64,000 bases of DNA. Origin: Eledone cirrhosa. Taxonomy: Eukaryota. The DNA lies in NCBI GenBank assembly GCA_964016885.1, contig OZ024758.1:19530001-19594000 (forward strand), given 5' to 3'. Within the stretch, counting starts at the first letter, position 1. The number at the start of each line of letters is the position of its first letter. The notes under the pieces are model-generated. The model was not told the DNA's origin, ran no database searches, and saw nothing but the letters and a program-made list of their open reading frames with translations. Of the stretch, positions 29,673 through 41,908 are shown in pieces. The position numbers and the translations under genes were made by a program.

Positions 29673-29883
29673 TTCTCAGATGTGAGAAAAACCACAGACC
29701 CTCCAACTCAACTCACCTTTTGAAAAGCAGAAGAACTGCGAAACCGGTAAAGGAACCAAATAAATATATATTTAAAAAAAAAAAATAAGACTCCAGTTGC
29801 ATTTTCGATTTCATCTCTTTTTCTTTATACTTTCACTCGTTAGGACACCTCGGTTATTTTTTATTTTGTAAAAAACCCCTCAC

Positions 29884-29890
<7 letters not shown>
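29673..29890 (+). mobile_element. PLE-like terminus, family A
   Basis: Homologous to the 1498 and 38665 copies; tail CACTTTCTAA+(TA)n shared with ~48660-48720. Confidence 0.75.
29716..29753 (+). ncRNA. Minimal hammerhead with U3-A8 core variant
   Basis: CCTT-TTGAAAA-GCAG(AAGAA)CTGC-GAAA-CCGG-TA-AAGG; GUA cleavage after 29749. Confidence 0.7.
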
Positions 29891-29966
<76 letters not shown>

Positions 29967-30119
29967 AGTTTATCCCGGGTTCAATCGGCGGTAACCACAG
30001 TAAGGAAAGTACTCAATACAAATCAGAGTATAAATATGTAATATAGAAAGGCTTCTACGGGACTAGAACAAATACCAGCCACTCAATTATAATTGTTGTT
30101 CACAGTCCAATTTTCAAAA

Positions 30120-30371
30120 ATATAATATAGACCAGTTTTATAAATAAATATTTACATACCCTTAAATAATGCAACCATTAATTTTGGAAGCACCCGGAGC
30201 TTCCAACAGTAATGGTTGCATTATTTAAGGGTATGTCAATATTTATTAATAAATCTGCTCTATATTATATTTTATCTGATGAAAGCACACCATTATTTAA
30301 CTTGGTGTCCTTGAAATATGTATAATGAAATAAATATGGGTTTATAAATATAGATTCCATTTGTTAATATC

Positions 30372-30375
<4 letters not shown>
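30120..30375 (+). mobile_element. Family F fold-back copy with HHR at 30268-30332
   Basis: CTGATGA 30276-30282, ACACCA/TGGTGT stem II, GAAA 30313-30316. Confidence 0.78.
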
Positions 30376-30444
<69 letters not shown>

Positions 30445-30449
<5 letters not shown>

Positions 30450-31812
30450 AAGGTAAACATTGGTACAATTCAATTCAAGCACTCAACACTATTATTCCAC
30501 ATAGGAGTGACGGAGTAAATATCGAATACGGAAAAGCGAAGTAGTTTCAGATGTTCAAGTGCTTTAATAATAATGATGTGATATATATTTCAATGGCGAC
30601 AGTGGCCACACTATTCCGTGCGCCAGTGTTGCGACATCGTCAGACAGCTTGTTACATAATAACTTTCGGCAGGATAAATACGCTGAAACAAAAACAACGA
30701 TAAACCCCTATTTTCCTGCACCAAATTGCATTTGAACAGAAGCCCCCTCAATTCAATCCATATATGGACAGATTGACCATCATATTAATCATGTATCTCC
30801 TATCTCATTTTGCATATATGTACTGTATGTGCTTTTTGCATTTATGTATAGTTTTTGTGTGTGTTTGTCTTTTGTGTACTTTATATCTGTGTTTTTTTTT
30901 TTATTTAGTTCCATGTGATGGAAATTCTAACTATGTACCCGCCTAACTACTACCTTTCATAATGCAATTTACCCTCCGTTCTACTGTACGGTACTATCGT
31001 TCAGTATGTAGATAATATATCTGTAACATTAATACCACTTTCAAAACTTCTTACTGGAACATCTCCCTATGTAGTAGATAGTATAGGTGAATATATTTTT
31101 TACTCACTTCAATCTCTATATTTTTTTACTCAACTCAATCTAGATTCTCACTTGTAAAATGTTTTTAATTTTTAATTATTAATTTTTAATTTTTTATATT
31201 TCATTTCTGATTTTCGATTTTTAATTTTTAATTTTTAATTTTTAATTTTTAGTTCTAATTTCCAACTCTCATTCATAACTTCCACTGTGAAACCATGATA
31301 CATAGAATTAAGTACATTTTCTCTTAGAGGTTCATGGTCACTTATACTGTCCATGCTTAATGAGGGGTAGTATTGCGACCTATTGAGACTCACACTCTCC
31401 CATCCCCAATGGCTTTCGGCTGACTGCCACTGACGGGGTGGCTATCAGTAAGCTATAACAACCGGCCCGAATGGGTCATTGTTTGGTTGATAGGGGGAAC
31501 TGACTGGGCGAATTTCGTTGAAATCTGCGGTAGCTAATGGTCAACTTCCTTCAGACCTGCGCCTGCGCAGACCGGTGAGAGTGAATTGGTACTCACAAGA
31601 AAGCGGATGTAGAACCCACGAGCACACACTTCGAATGTTCCCATGTCGATTCAATTTGGATTGCCTCGGAAACATAATCTTATTATGTAACAAGCTGTCT
31701 GACGATGTCGCGGCACTGGCGCACGGAACAGTGTGGCCACTGTCGCCATTGTAATATATCACAGCATTATTATTAAAGGACTTGAACATCTGAAACTACT
31801 TCGCTTTTCCTT
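30445..31812. mobile_element. PLE-like fold-back element, family E (~130-bp arms around a 1-kb spacer)
   Basis: 30530-30660 is the reverse complement of 31681-31811; arms carry an HHR-like motif. Confidence 0.75.
31690..31752 (+). ncRNA. Hammerhead-like motif with a full stem III but GGAA instead of GAAA (family E)
   Basis: CTGACGA 31699-31705, GTCGC/GCG(C)AC, GGAA, ACAGTG(TGGC)CACTGT, GUC at 31742-31744. Confidence 0.55.
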
Positions 31813-31829
31813 ATTATATATATATGTAT

Positions 31830-31873
31830 ATGTGTGTACGCATGTATGTGCGTATGCGTGTGTGCGTGTGTGC

Positions 31874-31951
<78 letters not shown>

Positions 31952-31976
31952 CTGTCTGTGTGTGTGCGTGTGTGTG
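31830..31976. repeat. (TG)n microsatellite
   Basis: Read directly from the sequence. Confidence 0.95.
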
Positions 31977-33269
31977 ATGTTATTTCAGGAAGGATCATGA
32001 TTGTGGGAATTGATTTTTTGAATATTGGCATATACCAAAACATATATTATTGGGTTAGGTATGTACTTTCGCTTAAAGAATTGGTATAAAAAGCTATAAA
32101 TCCATGTATGGCGACGGGAACTATAAATTGCTATATTTTATCAATTTTAATGTGTTGAAATTACGAAGTTGTTGGTAATCACTTCCATTAATAGCGATTT
32201 AAGATTCATAGAAACAAGCTTAAATATATTTTTGACTGAATCATCATCATATCTGCCATGTTACACATACAGAAATATAAATGTGTTATCAATTTATCAG
32301 ACATATACCAGTATTATGTCAATCCACAGAACAAAGATCACCTCCATCAAACTGGAGGGTAATCATGAGAGTAAAACCAAAATGATTATTTTAAAAGCGA
32401 TACATCATGCATGACTATTCATTCAGTTATTTAATTATCTACGATTCAATTGTATATGACGAGACCACTATAATTGTATACAGGTACAATGTCCTTGGAA
32501 GAGGCATTGTGTACATAAACTTGGTGTTTATATTTAAAGACAGGTAAATATTAAATAAGTTTAATAAATTTGCAAATTAGTTAAACATCTGATCAGAACT
32601 ATCATAAGATATATTGATTATAACACGTGGAACCACTGAAATATATTTGAGCTTTTACACCTGCAAAATAGTTAGTATTAATTCGTTTAGTCAGGTGTTA
32701 AGGAGCCCAGTCAATAGATCGATACATAACTAACTAGCAGTATTACATACAGAGACACCGACTTTCGATTTCCTTTTCTTAATCATAACCGACCTTGTAT
32801 TTTAGCCCAATCCGATAGCACATCTGCAACCATGCAATGAAGATCATTAAGTATATCACAATATAACAACACATCATTGATAATTGAATGATTTCGATGC
32901 ATCACCCATCAATATGTGTAGCAGCATATGTGTTTTAAAAGGCCTACGGAATTTCCTTTAAGATAATCACATTATCTTCAACAGTAATTGAGATAATTCA
33001 CATCCAATGATATTTGGAAAGTTTCATGCATCTTAACATAATCTTTATCAAAATTGGTGTATCTAAATTATTAGGAAGAAAGTTCATATAACAGATTCAC
33101 ATGCACGAGTGTACTTACGCATATGCATATAACGATGGACACATATAGTCCGACATTTTCCCATTTTCAAAATTAACTAACTTCCTACTTCCTACTATTT
33201 TTCCGTTACAGATTGGGGCCATCAAGATAAGGAAAAAACATTCAGACTGTCTCGCTCCCCCCCCCCCCA

Positions 33270-33581
<312 letters not shown>

Positions 33582-34116
33582 TATATATATATATATGAAC
33601 ATAGGAAGAAAAAGACGATCATTAGGGAGAAAAATATGTTTTTCCTTTTATTTTTTTCTCTTTATTCTGGGTTAGAAAATGTTTAAAAAAGAATATTTTA
33701 CTTTGTGTGAAGTTTTAAGGTATTAGTTAATTTATTTGTTAATTAACAATGGCATTTATTTGTTTATTTATAATAATTGTCTATTACCGGTTTCAGCATT
33801 TTATGCATTACCAAAGGGGGAATTTGTATTGGTGTAAAATGTTGGTGATGTTAAACACGTTAAGGAAATGGGGAAGAAAGAATATTATTATTTACAAATA
33901 AGATTTTTGAAGGGAAAAGAAAAAAGAAAAAGAAAGGGGATGGTGTGGAACAAAATATGGTTATGGGAAATAAAAAATAATATCATTTACAGGCATAGTT
34001 CTTGAGGATAAGCAGTTCAAAATATGTTATTAAGGCAAGAGCGCTTAGTTGATCCATGATGGAGGCAAATGTTAGTCTGGGAATTTATATGATTTCCCTT
34101 TCTAGAGATTTAATAT

Positions 34117-34385
34117 CCCAGAGCTTCCAACAGAGATGGTCGCATTCTTTTAAGGGTATGTCAATATTTGTTTATAAAAACTGATACATATTATATTTTT
34201 CTGATGAAAGCGCATCATAATTTGCTTTGGTGTCCTTGAAATATGTATAATGAAATAAATATTGTTTTATAAATATAGTTTCCATTTGTTAATATATTGT
34301 ATTTTTACTCCAAAAATGTGTTGAGTGCTTTATATCAGTTATAAAAATATTTGCTTGTTGTATCCCAACAAATAAATATAATTTC

Positions 34386-34445
<60 letters not shown>

Positions 34446-34488
34446 GAAGTTATATTTAATTTGTTGGGATACCACAAGCAAATATTCT
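34117..34488 (+). mobile_element. Family F copy with HHR at 34193-34257 and a short inverted tail
   Basis: CTGATGA 34201-34207; GAAA 34238-34241; TATGTA-TA-ATGAAATA. Confidence 0.78.
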
Positions 34489-34489
34489 T

Positions 34490-34521
34490 AGAGAGAGAGA
34501 GAGAGAGAGAGGTAGAGAGAA

Positions 34522-34574
<53 letters not shown>
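34490..34574. repeat. (GA)n microsatellite
   Basis: Read directly from the sequence. Confidence 0.95.
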
Positions 34575-34578
<4 letters not shown>

Positions 34579-35330
34579 TATGTATATATATATATGCACA
34601 TATATATATGTGTGAGTGTATGCGTGCGGGTGTGTGTGTGTGTGTGTGTGTACACATATATGCATATACGTATGTATGTTTGAACTTCAGATGTCTGCGA
34701 AATTATGTTATGCTATAGTAATTTTATTTCGATTCCTGGTATGATAAATTGTACGTCCATTAACATAGACACAGACACAGGCACATACACACACACACAT
34801 ACACATGCGCACACACACACCCGAGCACACACACGCACACACACACACACTCACACACACTGTTACACATGCCAATTACATACCTTCTGAATAAACGTTT
34901 CCAGAATGATCCTCTAGCAAATCATATTTTCTTACTCAATGATTTTGATGTTAGCAGATAATTACGAAGAAAATTTATAGAACAGACTGCCCGGTGTGAT
35001 TGATGACCTCTCAGCAAATCTGATGTTAGTGTGCTTTTACACAGAGTAAGGCCACAATTAAGGGCAAATGATTCTTAACATTTTAAGCGAAACATGGATT
35101 CCATTACGTAAGTGATTAATTGGCAAATATTCCATGCATCTTTATGAAACATCTAAAGTTTTAACATAATATATTTTCAAAGGTGGCGCAATGGCAGAGT
35201 CTTTAAAACGTTCGATAAAATATTATATGATATTCGATGTGGCTATCTGTACGGTGGGTTTAAATCCCACCCAGGTGATATTTGCTTATGCACACACACA
35301 CACACTCACACCCACACACATACACAATCT

Positions 35331-35403
<73 letters not shown>

Positions 35404-35608
35404 TAACATAACAGATTCAAGTTTAAGCAATGAATCGGTACGTTCAATAAATATTTTAATACATTTTTACACAAGGTTTTTGGTATATTTGATATATACT
35501 TATCCTTATCGAGCCCTCTTTCGATTTTAGTCTTCACATTTATTATTATTACTATATATATATAGAGAGAGAGATTACGATAATCAAAGTTCAGTTTAAG
35601 TCATTTAT

Positions 35609-35657
35609 TTGCTTACAATTGTTTCCTCCAAACCGAGGTTTGGATTCTTCGGAGCAA
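35609..35657 (-). ncRNA. Hammerhead motif, CCGAAGA variant (family K; element ~35575-36050)
   Basis: TTGCT-CCGAAGA-A-TCCAAACC/GGTTTGGA-G-GAAA-CAATTG-TA-AGCAA; same motif at 58175-58221. Confidence 0.65.
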
Positions 35658-36946
35658 CTATTTACTGATCTATAACATATTTGACCTCCTTTTCAACCCA
35701 AGATACATATAAAACATATGCGCACATTGATCAACAGTGGGGTGACATTCATCAAATGATATAGCATGGCAATTTACATATAAAGGTTACAGGATAAAAA
35801 TAAAAACAAGAATGAAAATAAAGATAAACATGAAGCGTTGGCAGTCTATGAAGATAAAGCAAGAGGAACGTTTAGAGTAGTCAGTGTATGAAACAATATA
35901 TATATATATATACCAAATTAAGATAAATCAAAGTGAATTTGATGTAAATCAAAATTATGGGTGTCATGCCAGAAGGGCATGCGCCATATCACCCGTAAAA
36001 TAAGCTCCAAGATTCTAATGAATAGGTTCGAGCATTTTATAACAACTAGAAATTGATTAACATATAAATAAAGATATAAAACAATGACAGGGGATAATTT
36101 TTACAAGTGTGTAAGCACACATATCTAGGTGGGTAACTAAATAAAGTTAACTAGAACTTCAAAAATTGATACCTTATAATATAATATGTAAAAATTATCC
36201 CCTGTGATTGTTTCATATGTTTATTTATATGTTAATCAATTTCTGGTTATATATATATATATATATATATATAAATTGAAACAAAATGAAAACGAAATTT
36301 CATTTCTCACTCTTAGTATGGCACTTACTTAAATGTAAGTATGCATGTATACGTACATACATATATGTATACAGACGTACAGTAGCATGCACATATATAT
36401 ATATATATACATATATACATACATATGCATACAGGTACACATACATATATGCACGTATCAGTTTAGCGGCGCTAACGTCGCTTTGTTCGTTTGTAAACAA
36501 ACTGAACAGCCTGAATTTATGCCATACGGTGTTAAGGCAACCACGTCACCTTTTTGTTCAACACTGACACCGTATGGCATAAATTCAGGCTGTTCAGTTT
36601 GTTTACAAACGAACAAAGCGACGTTAGCGCCGCTAAACTGATACGTGCATATATGTATGTGTACCTGTATGCATATGTATGTATATATGTATATATATAT
36701 ATATATGTGCATGCTACTGTACGTCTGTATACATATATGTATGTACGTATACATGCATACTTACATTTAAGTAAGTGCCATACTAAGAGTGAGAAATGAA
36801 ATTTCGTTTTCATTTTGTTTCAATTTATCGTTTTCGGTATGCCTGACCGATTTAACTCACTCAATATGCAAATTAGGCTGCTCAGCCGTTAATTTTCATA
36901 AGGAAAGTATATACTTTCGAACGTTCAACTATCTGGCAGATGGGTA

Positions 36947-36991
36947 AACGGTGCTGATGATAGCTAACAAGCTTGAAACTAGTACATCGTT
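36947..36991 (+). ncRNA. Type I hammerhead, retrozyme unit 1
   Basis: AACGGTG-CTGATGA-T-AGCT(AACA)AGCT-T-GAAA-CTAG-TA-CATCGTT; cleavage after 36984. Confidence 0.85.
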
Positions 36992-37414
36992 CCTGTGTCA
37001 GTGTTGAACAAAAAGGTGACGTGGTTGCCTTAACACCGTATGGCATAAATTCAGGCTGTTCAGTTTGTTTACAAACGAACAAAGCGACGTTAGCGCCGCT
37101 AAACTGATACGTGCATATATGTATGTGTACCTGTATGCATATGTATGTATATATGTATATATATATATATATATGTGCATGCTACTGTACGTCTGTATAC
37201 ATATATGTATGTACGTATACATGCATACTTACATTTAAGTAAGTGCCATACTAAGAGTGAGAAATGAAATTTCGTTTTCATTTTGTTTCAATTTATCGTT
37301 TTCGGTATGCCTGACCGATTTAACTCACTCAATATGCAAATTAGGCTGCTCAGCCGTTAATTTTCATAAGGAAAGTATATACTTTCGAACGTTCAACTAT
37401 CTGGCAGATGGGTA

Positions 37415-37459
37415 AACGGTGCTGATGATAGCTAACAAGCTTGAAACTAGTACATCGTT
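37415..37459 (+). ncRNA. Type I hammerhead, retrozyme unit 2
   Basis: Identical motif; CTGATGA 37422-37428; cleavage after 37452. Confidence 0.85.
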
Positions 37460-37880
37460 CCTGTGTCAGTGTTGAACAAAAAGGTGACGTGGTTGCCTTA
37501 ACACCGTATGGCATAAATTCAGGCTGTTCAGTTTGTTTACAAACGAACAAAGCGACGTTAGCGCCGCTAAACTGATACGTGCATATATGTATGTGTACCT
37601 GTATGCATATGTATGTATATATGTATATATATATATATATGTGCATGCTACTGTACGTCTGTATACATATATGTATGTACGTATACATGCATACTTACAT
37701 TTAAGTAAGTGCCATACTAAGAGTGAGAAATGAAATTTCGTTTTCATTTTGTTTCAATTTATCGTTTTCGGTATGCCTGACCGATTTAACTCACTCAATA
37801 TGCAAATTAGGCTGCTCAGCCGTTAATTTTCATAAGGAAAGTATATACTTTCGAACGTTCAACTATCTGGCAGATGGGTA

Positions 37881-37925
37881 AACGGTGCTGATGATAGCTA
37901 ACAAGCTTGAAACTAGTACATCGTT
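37881..37925 (+). ncRNA. Type I hammerhead, retrozyme unit 3
   Basis: Identical motif; CTGATGA 37888-37894; cleavage after 37918. Confidence 0.85.
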
Positions 37926-38161
37926 CCTGTGTCAGTGTTGAACAAAAAGGTGACGTGGTTGCCTTAACACCGTATGGCATAAATTCAGGCTGTTCAGTTT
38001 GTTTACAAACGAACAAAGCGACGTTAGCGCCGCTAAACTGATACGTGCATATATGTATGTGTACCTGTATGCATATGTATGTATATATGTATATATATAT
38101 ATATATGTGCATGCTACTGTACGTCTGTATACATATATGTATGTACGTATACATGCATACT

Positions 38162-38200
<39 letters not shown>

Positions 38201-38202
<2 letters not shown>

Positions 38203-38642
38203 GATATTAAACAAATGGAAACTATATTTATGAAACCATATTTATTTCATTATACATATTTCGGGGATACCATATTAAAAATATGGCATGCCTTCTTCAG
38301 ATAAAATAAAATATATAAACATTTTATAAATAATTTTGACGTACCATGAATATTGACCGACCGTTATGTAAAAAGCTGGTTTTTACATAACGGTTGGTCA
38401 ATATTTATGGTACGTCAAAATTATTTATAAAATGTTTATATATTGTATTTTATCTGAAGAAGGCATGCCATATTTTTAATAAGGTATCCTCGAAATATGT
38501 ATAATGAAATAAATATGGTTTTATAAATATAGTTTCCATTTGTTTAATATCGTATATCTACTCCAAAACTTGTCGAGTGCTTTATATCAGTTATAAAATA
38601 TTTACTTGTTGTAACCCAACAATTTTATATAAAACTTTTGCA
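38201..38642. mobile_element. Family F subfamily: near-perfect palindrome with an HHR in both arms
   Basis: Axis ~38377; CTGAAGA 38454-38460 with GAAA 38492-38495 (+); TCTTCAG 38294-38300 (-). Confidence 0.8.
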
Positions 38643-38664
38643 TATATATATATATATATATATT

Positions 38665-38870
38665 TATACAAGGATAAAAGATGTAATCGAAAATGCAACT
38701 GGAGTCTTTTTTAAAATATATATATATGTTGTTCCTTTACCGGTATCACAGTTCTTCTGCCTTTCAAAAGTAGAATTGAGATGGAGCGTCTGTGGCTTTT
38801 CTCACATCTGAAAAAAAAAGGACTCCAGTTGCATTTACGATTTCACCTTTGAAAAACCCCCTATCTCTCT
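38665..38870 (-). mobile_element. Family A copy with a short inverted duplication
   Basis: Reverse complement of 29677-29815; GACTCCAGTTGCATTT is inverted at 38821. Confidence 0.7.
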
Positions 38871-39115
38871 CATCTTTGTTACATCCTCCTTCTTCTCTAC
38901 TTCAACTTCACATGAATTCCTATAAAAACCTGAACATTCTGGTGCGGTAAACATAATCTCTGATGATATGGGATCGATTGTGCATTGGGTGTCGAATGCT
39001 CTACTAACTATATAATATTATAGATGCAGCGAGATCTAGGCAAATTGATGTCTATTAAAACGTACGTTAGAACCGAATAAATCTCTTTTACTGCATCTTT
39101 CTGTTCTTTTTAATT

Positions 39116-39199
<84 letters not shown>

Positions 39200-39480
39200 G
39201 TATGGGTTTACAGAACATGTATTATAATGTTCGGTTTGTTTGTAAACAAACAGTCCAGATTACGCCGTACAGTGCTCGGCAACCGTCGTCGCCCTTATGT
39301 GCAACACTGACAAAGGAACGATCGTTTGTTAACAAACAAGCCGAACATTATAATAAATGTTCGGTAAACCCATACGTACATATATATATATACATATGTG
39401 TACATGTATGTATATATATACATACGACTATACGTATGTATACATATATGTATATACGTATACATACTTATATATATATA

Positions 39481-39662
39481 TGTTGGGAGCCCCTACATGG
39501 ACACACTAGAAGAGGAAGACCAAGGTTAACATATGTTGATGCCCTAAGGACAGACACTGGTCTTTTGGAGATGCAGGATATGGCAGCGATAATGAGGGAC
39601 AGAGACCGCTGGAGAGAACTCGTCCATGGATCTCGGGAATTTTACCCGCCTTAGATAGATAG
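39481..39662 (+). mobile_element. RTE/RTE-X-like LINE extreme 3' fragment
   Basis: [34 protein letters not shown]; (TAGA)n tail. Confidence 0.8.
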
Positions 39663-39725
39663 ATATATATGTATATATATATATATGTATATATATATAA
39701 TATATATATGTATATATATAATATA

Positions 39726-39756
<31 letters not shown>

Positions 39757-39808
39757 ATATAATATATATATTTATATATATAATATATATATTTATATAT
39801 ATAATATA

Positions 39809-39856
<48 letters not shown>

Positions 39857-39883
39857 ATATATGTATATATGTATATATAATAT

Positions 39884-39973
<90 letters not shown>

Positions 39974-39992
39974 ATATATATATATATATATA

Positions 39993-40063
<71 letters not shown>

Positions 40064-40139
40064 TATAATATATATATGTATATATATATAATACATATAT
40101 ATATATATAATATATATATATTTATATATTCATATATAT

Positions 40140-40230
40140 AATTGTTTCTACGTTTAGGCACAAGGCCAGCAATCACTTAGTGCATTACTGGTACTTTATT
40201 TTATCGACCCCGTAAGAATGAAAGGCAAAT
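40140..40230 (-). mobile_element. SINE family 1, 3' half
   Basis: Matches the consensus. Confidence 0.85.
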
Positions 40231-40291
40231 TTATATATATAATACATACATATATATATATATGTATATATATAATATGTATATATGTATA

Positions 40292-40368
<77 letters not shown>

Positions 40369-40372
40369 AATA

Positions 40373-40408
<36 letters not shown>

Positions 40409-40451
40409 ATATATATGTATAATATATATGTATATATATATATGTATAATA

Positions 40452-40495
<44 letters not shown>

Positions 40496-40570
40496 AGTAT
40501 GTATACATGCATATATTTAAGTGCCACCCCTACTAAGAGTGAGAAATGAAACTTCATTTCATTCCTTTCC

Positions 40571-40654
<84 letters not shown>

Positions 40655-40714
40655 CCCTACAAATACGAAATCACTTTTCCCACTATTTAACGTAGTAGTG
40701 TGTTTCCAAAGTTA

Positions 40715-40810
40715 TCGTTGCCTTTCCTCTTTACGGGGTTGATACAATAAAGTACCAGTAATGCACTGGAATAATTGCTGACCTTATGCCAACAGTAGAA
40801 ACAATTATAT
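40715..40810 (+). mobile_element. SINE family 1, 3' half
   Basis: TTGCCTTTCCTCTTTACGGGGTTGATA..AGTAGAAACAATT. Confidence 0.8.
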
Positions 40811-41447
40811 TATATATATATTCACTTGTCACTTGATGTAAGTCATATTTTGGAGCGTTATCGGTTTAGTTAAATGTTATTGATTTAGGAACTTATTGCA
40901 TTATTACGAAGTAATTTATGCACTGTAAATCTACCAACCTTTAACATTTGATTCCACATCTCTATATAACACTACGTTAATTTACTACACATATATTCTC
41001 TTTCCGTGTGGAGACATGTCCAATATACAAATTGTTACGCTCATTAGGTCCTCAACATATCAACTTCTTTTTTACTGTATTATATTGGAAAATTCATCTT
41101 CGCTAAGCCAGCACGATAAGACATTATTTTGAAAACATATTTCAACTACTGTTCAGATCTAAATTTTGGAGAATTGTTTTAGATTTAGGCTTTCGTTTAA
41201 ACAGTGATGAACTGTTTTATATCTTAAAGCGACACGTACATATTCAGACCAAAGTAAGATAAATGCGAAGTCCAGGAAACAGACGCTACATGTTCTAATC
41301 GAGGGAAAAGTGACAAGCAACACGTACGTAATTAGATGAGAGATTTGTCTAGTTTTGGGACCGATATCTCATCGATAAGATTAAGAGTGATACCCATCCT
41401 CAATTTTATCAGCATCAAGTCTAGGAAATCTAATATAATTCTTTAAT

Positions 41448-41620
41448 AATTGCTTCTAATTTTGGCGCAATGCCAAATTTATTTATTCCTTTTATCGACC
41501 CTGTAAGGATGAAGTCATAGTTAGCATAGGCCGAATTTTAACACAGAATGTAAAAGGTAATACCCTATGTTGCAAAGCATGGTATCTAGCACTCTACTGA
41601 AACTGCTAATCCACTAGCCG
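41448..41620 (-). mobile_element. SINE family 1, diverged
   Basis: TTTATCGACCCTGTAAGGATGAA..CTACTGAAACTGCTAATCCAC. Confidence 0.75.
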
Positions 41621-41729
41621 ATTATATAATAATATAATAATGTAAACATATTAATATCATATGCCTACATATTGATAAGTTATACATATACACATTAATA
41701 TGTATATAGTTTTGAAAGAATCGTTTCGA

Positions 41730-41908
41730 CTGTTGGCACACGACCAGCAATTACCCAGTGCATTACTGGTACTTTATTGTATCGAATTCGTAACGATGAA
41801 AGGAAAAGTTACCCTCGGCGAGATTTGAACTCAGATCATAAAGGGCTGTATCTCTATGAAGCAAATCATGACGTCAGACCTTCTACCGATACTGCCAATC
41901 CACCGCCT
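41730..41908 (-). mobile_element. SINE family 1
   Basis: Matches the consensus up to CTGCCAATCCACCGCC. Confidence 0.88.

Larger units (their letters stand above)
36271..38166 (+). mobile_element. Retrozyme-like tandem array: ~3.4 copies of a 466-468 bp HHR-containing unit, preceded by an inverted partial copy (36271-36570)
   Basis: Near-identical units with periods of 468 and 466; one HHR per unit; no protein ORF; flanked by (TA)n. Confidence 0.85.
39197..40575 (+). mobile_element. Diverged sibling of the 466-bp retrozyme (inverted arm 39197-39322; forward arm split by later insertions; 3' end 40490-40575)
   Basis: GGCAACC..CAACACTGACAAAGGAACGAT and AAGTGCCA..TACTAAGAGTGAGAAATGAAA match the array unit. 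Confidence 0.75.

Noticed and set aside
31355-31392. SECIS-like ATGA..GA hairpin in the family E spacer
   Set aside because: Helix too short, no apical AA, and no associated UGA-containing ORF
36271-38166. CRISPR-like or plain satellite interpretation of the tandem array
   Set aside because: No unique spacers and a eukaryotic context; each unit carries a ribozyme motif
36286-38304. Repeated 60-112 aa ORFs in the 466-bp array
   Set aside because: Low-complexity, present on both strands, and frames shift with TA length; the unit is better explained as a structured RNA
38960-39005. CTGATGA followed by GAATGCT
   Set aside because: No stem II-GAAA half present; cannot be called an HHR
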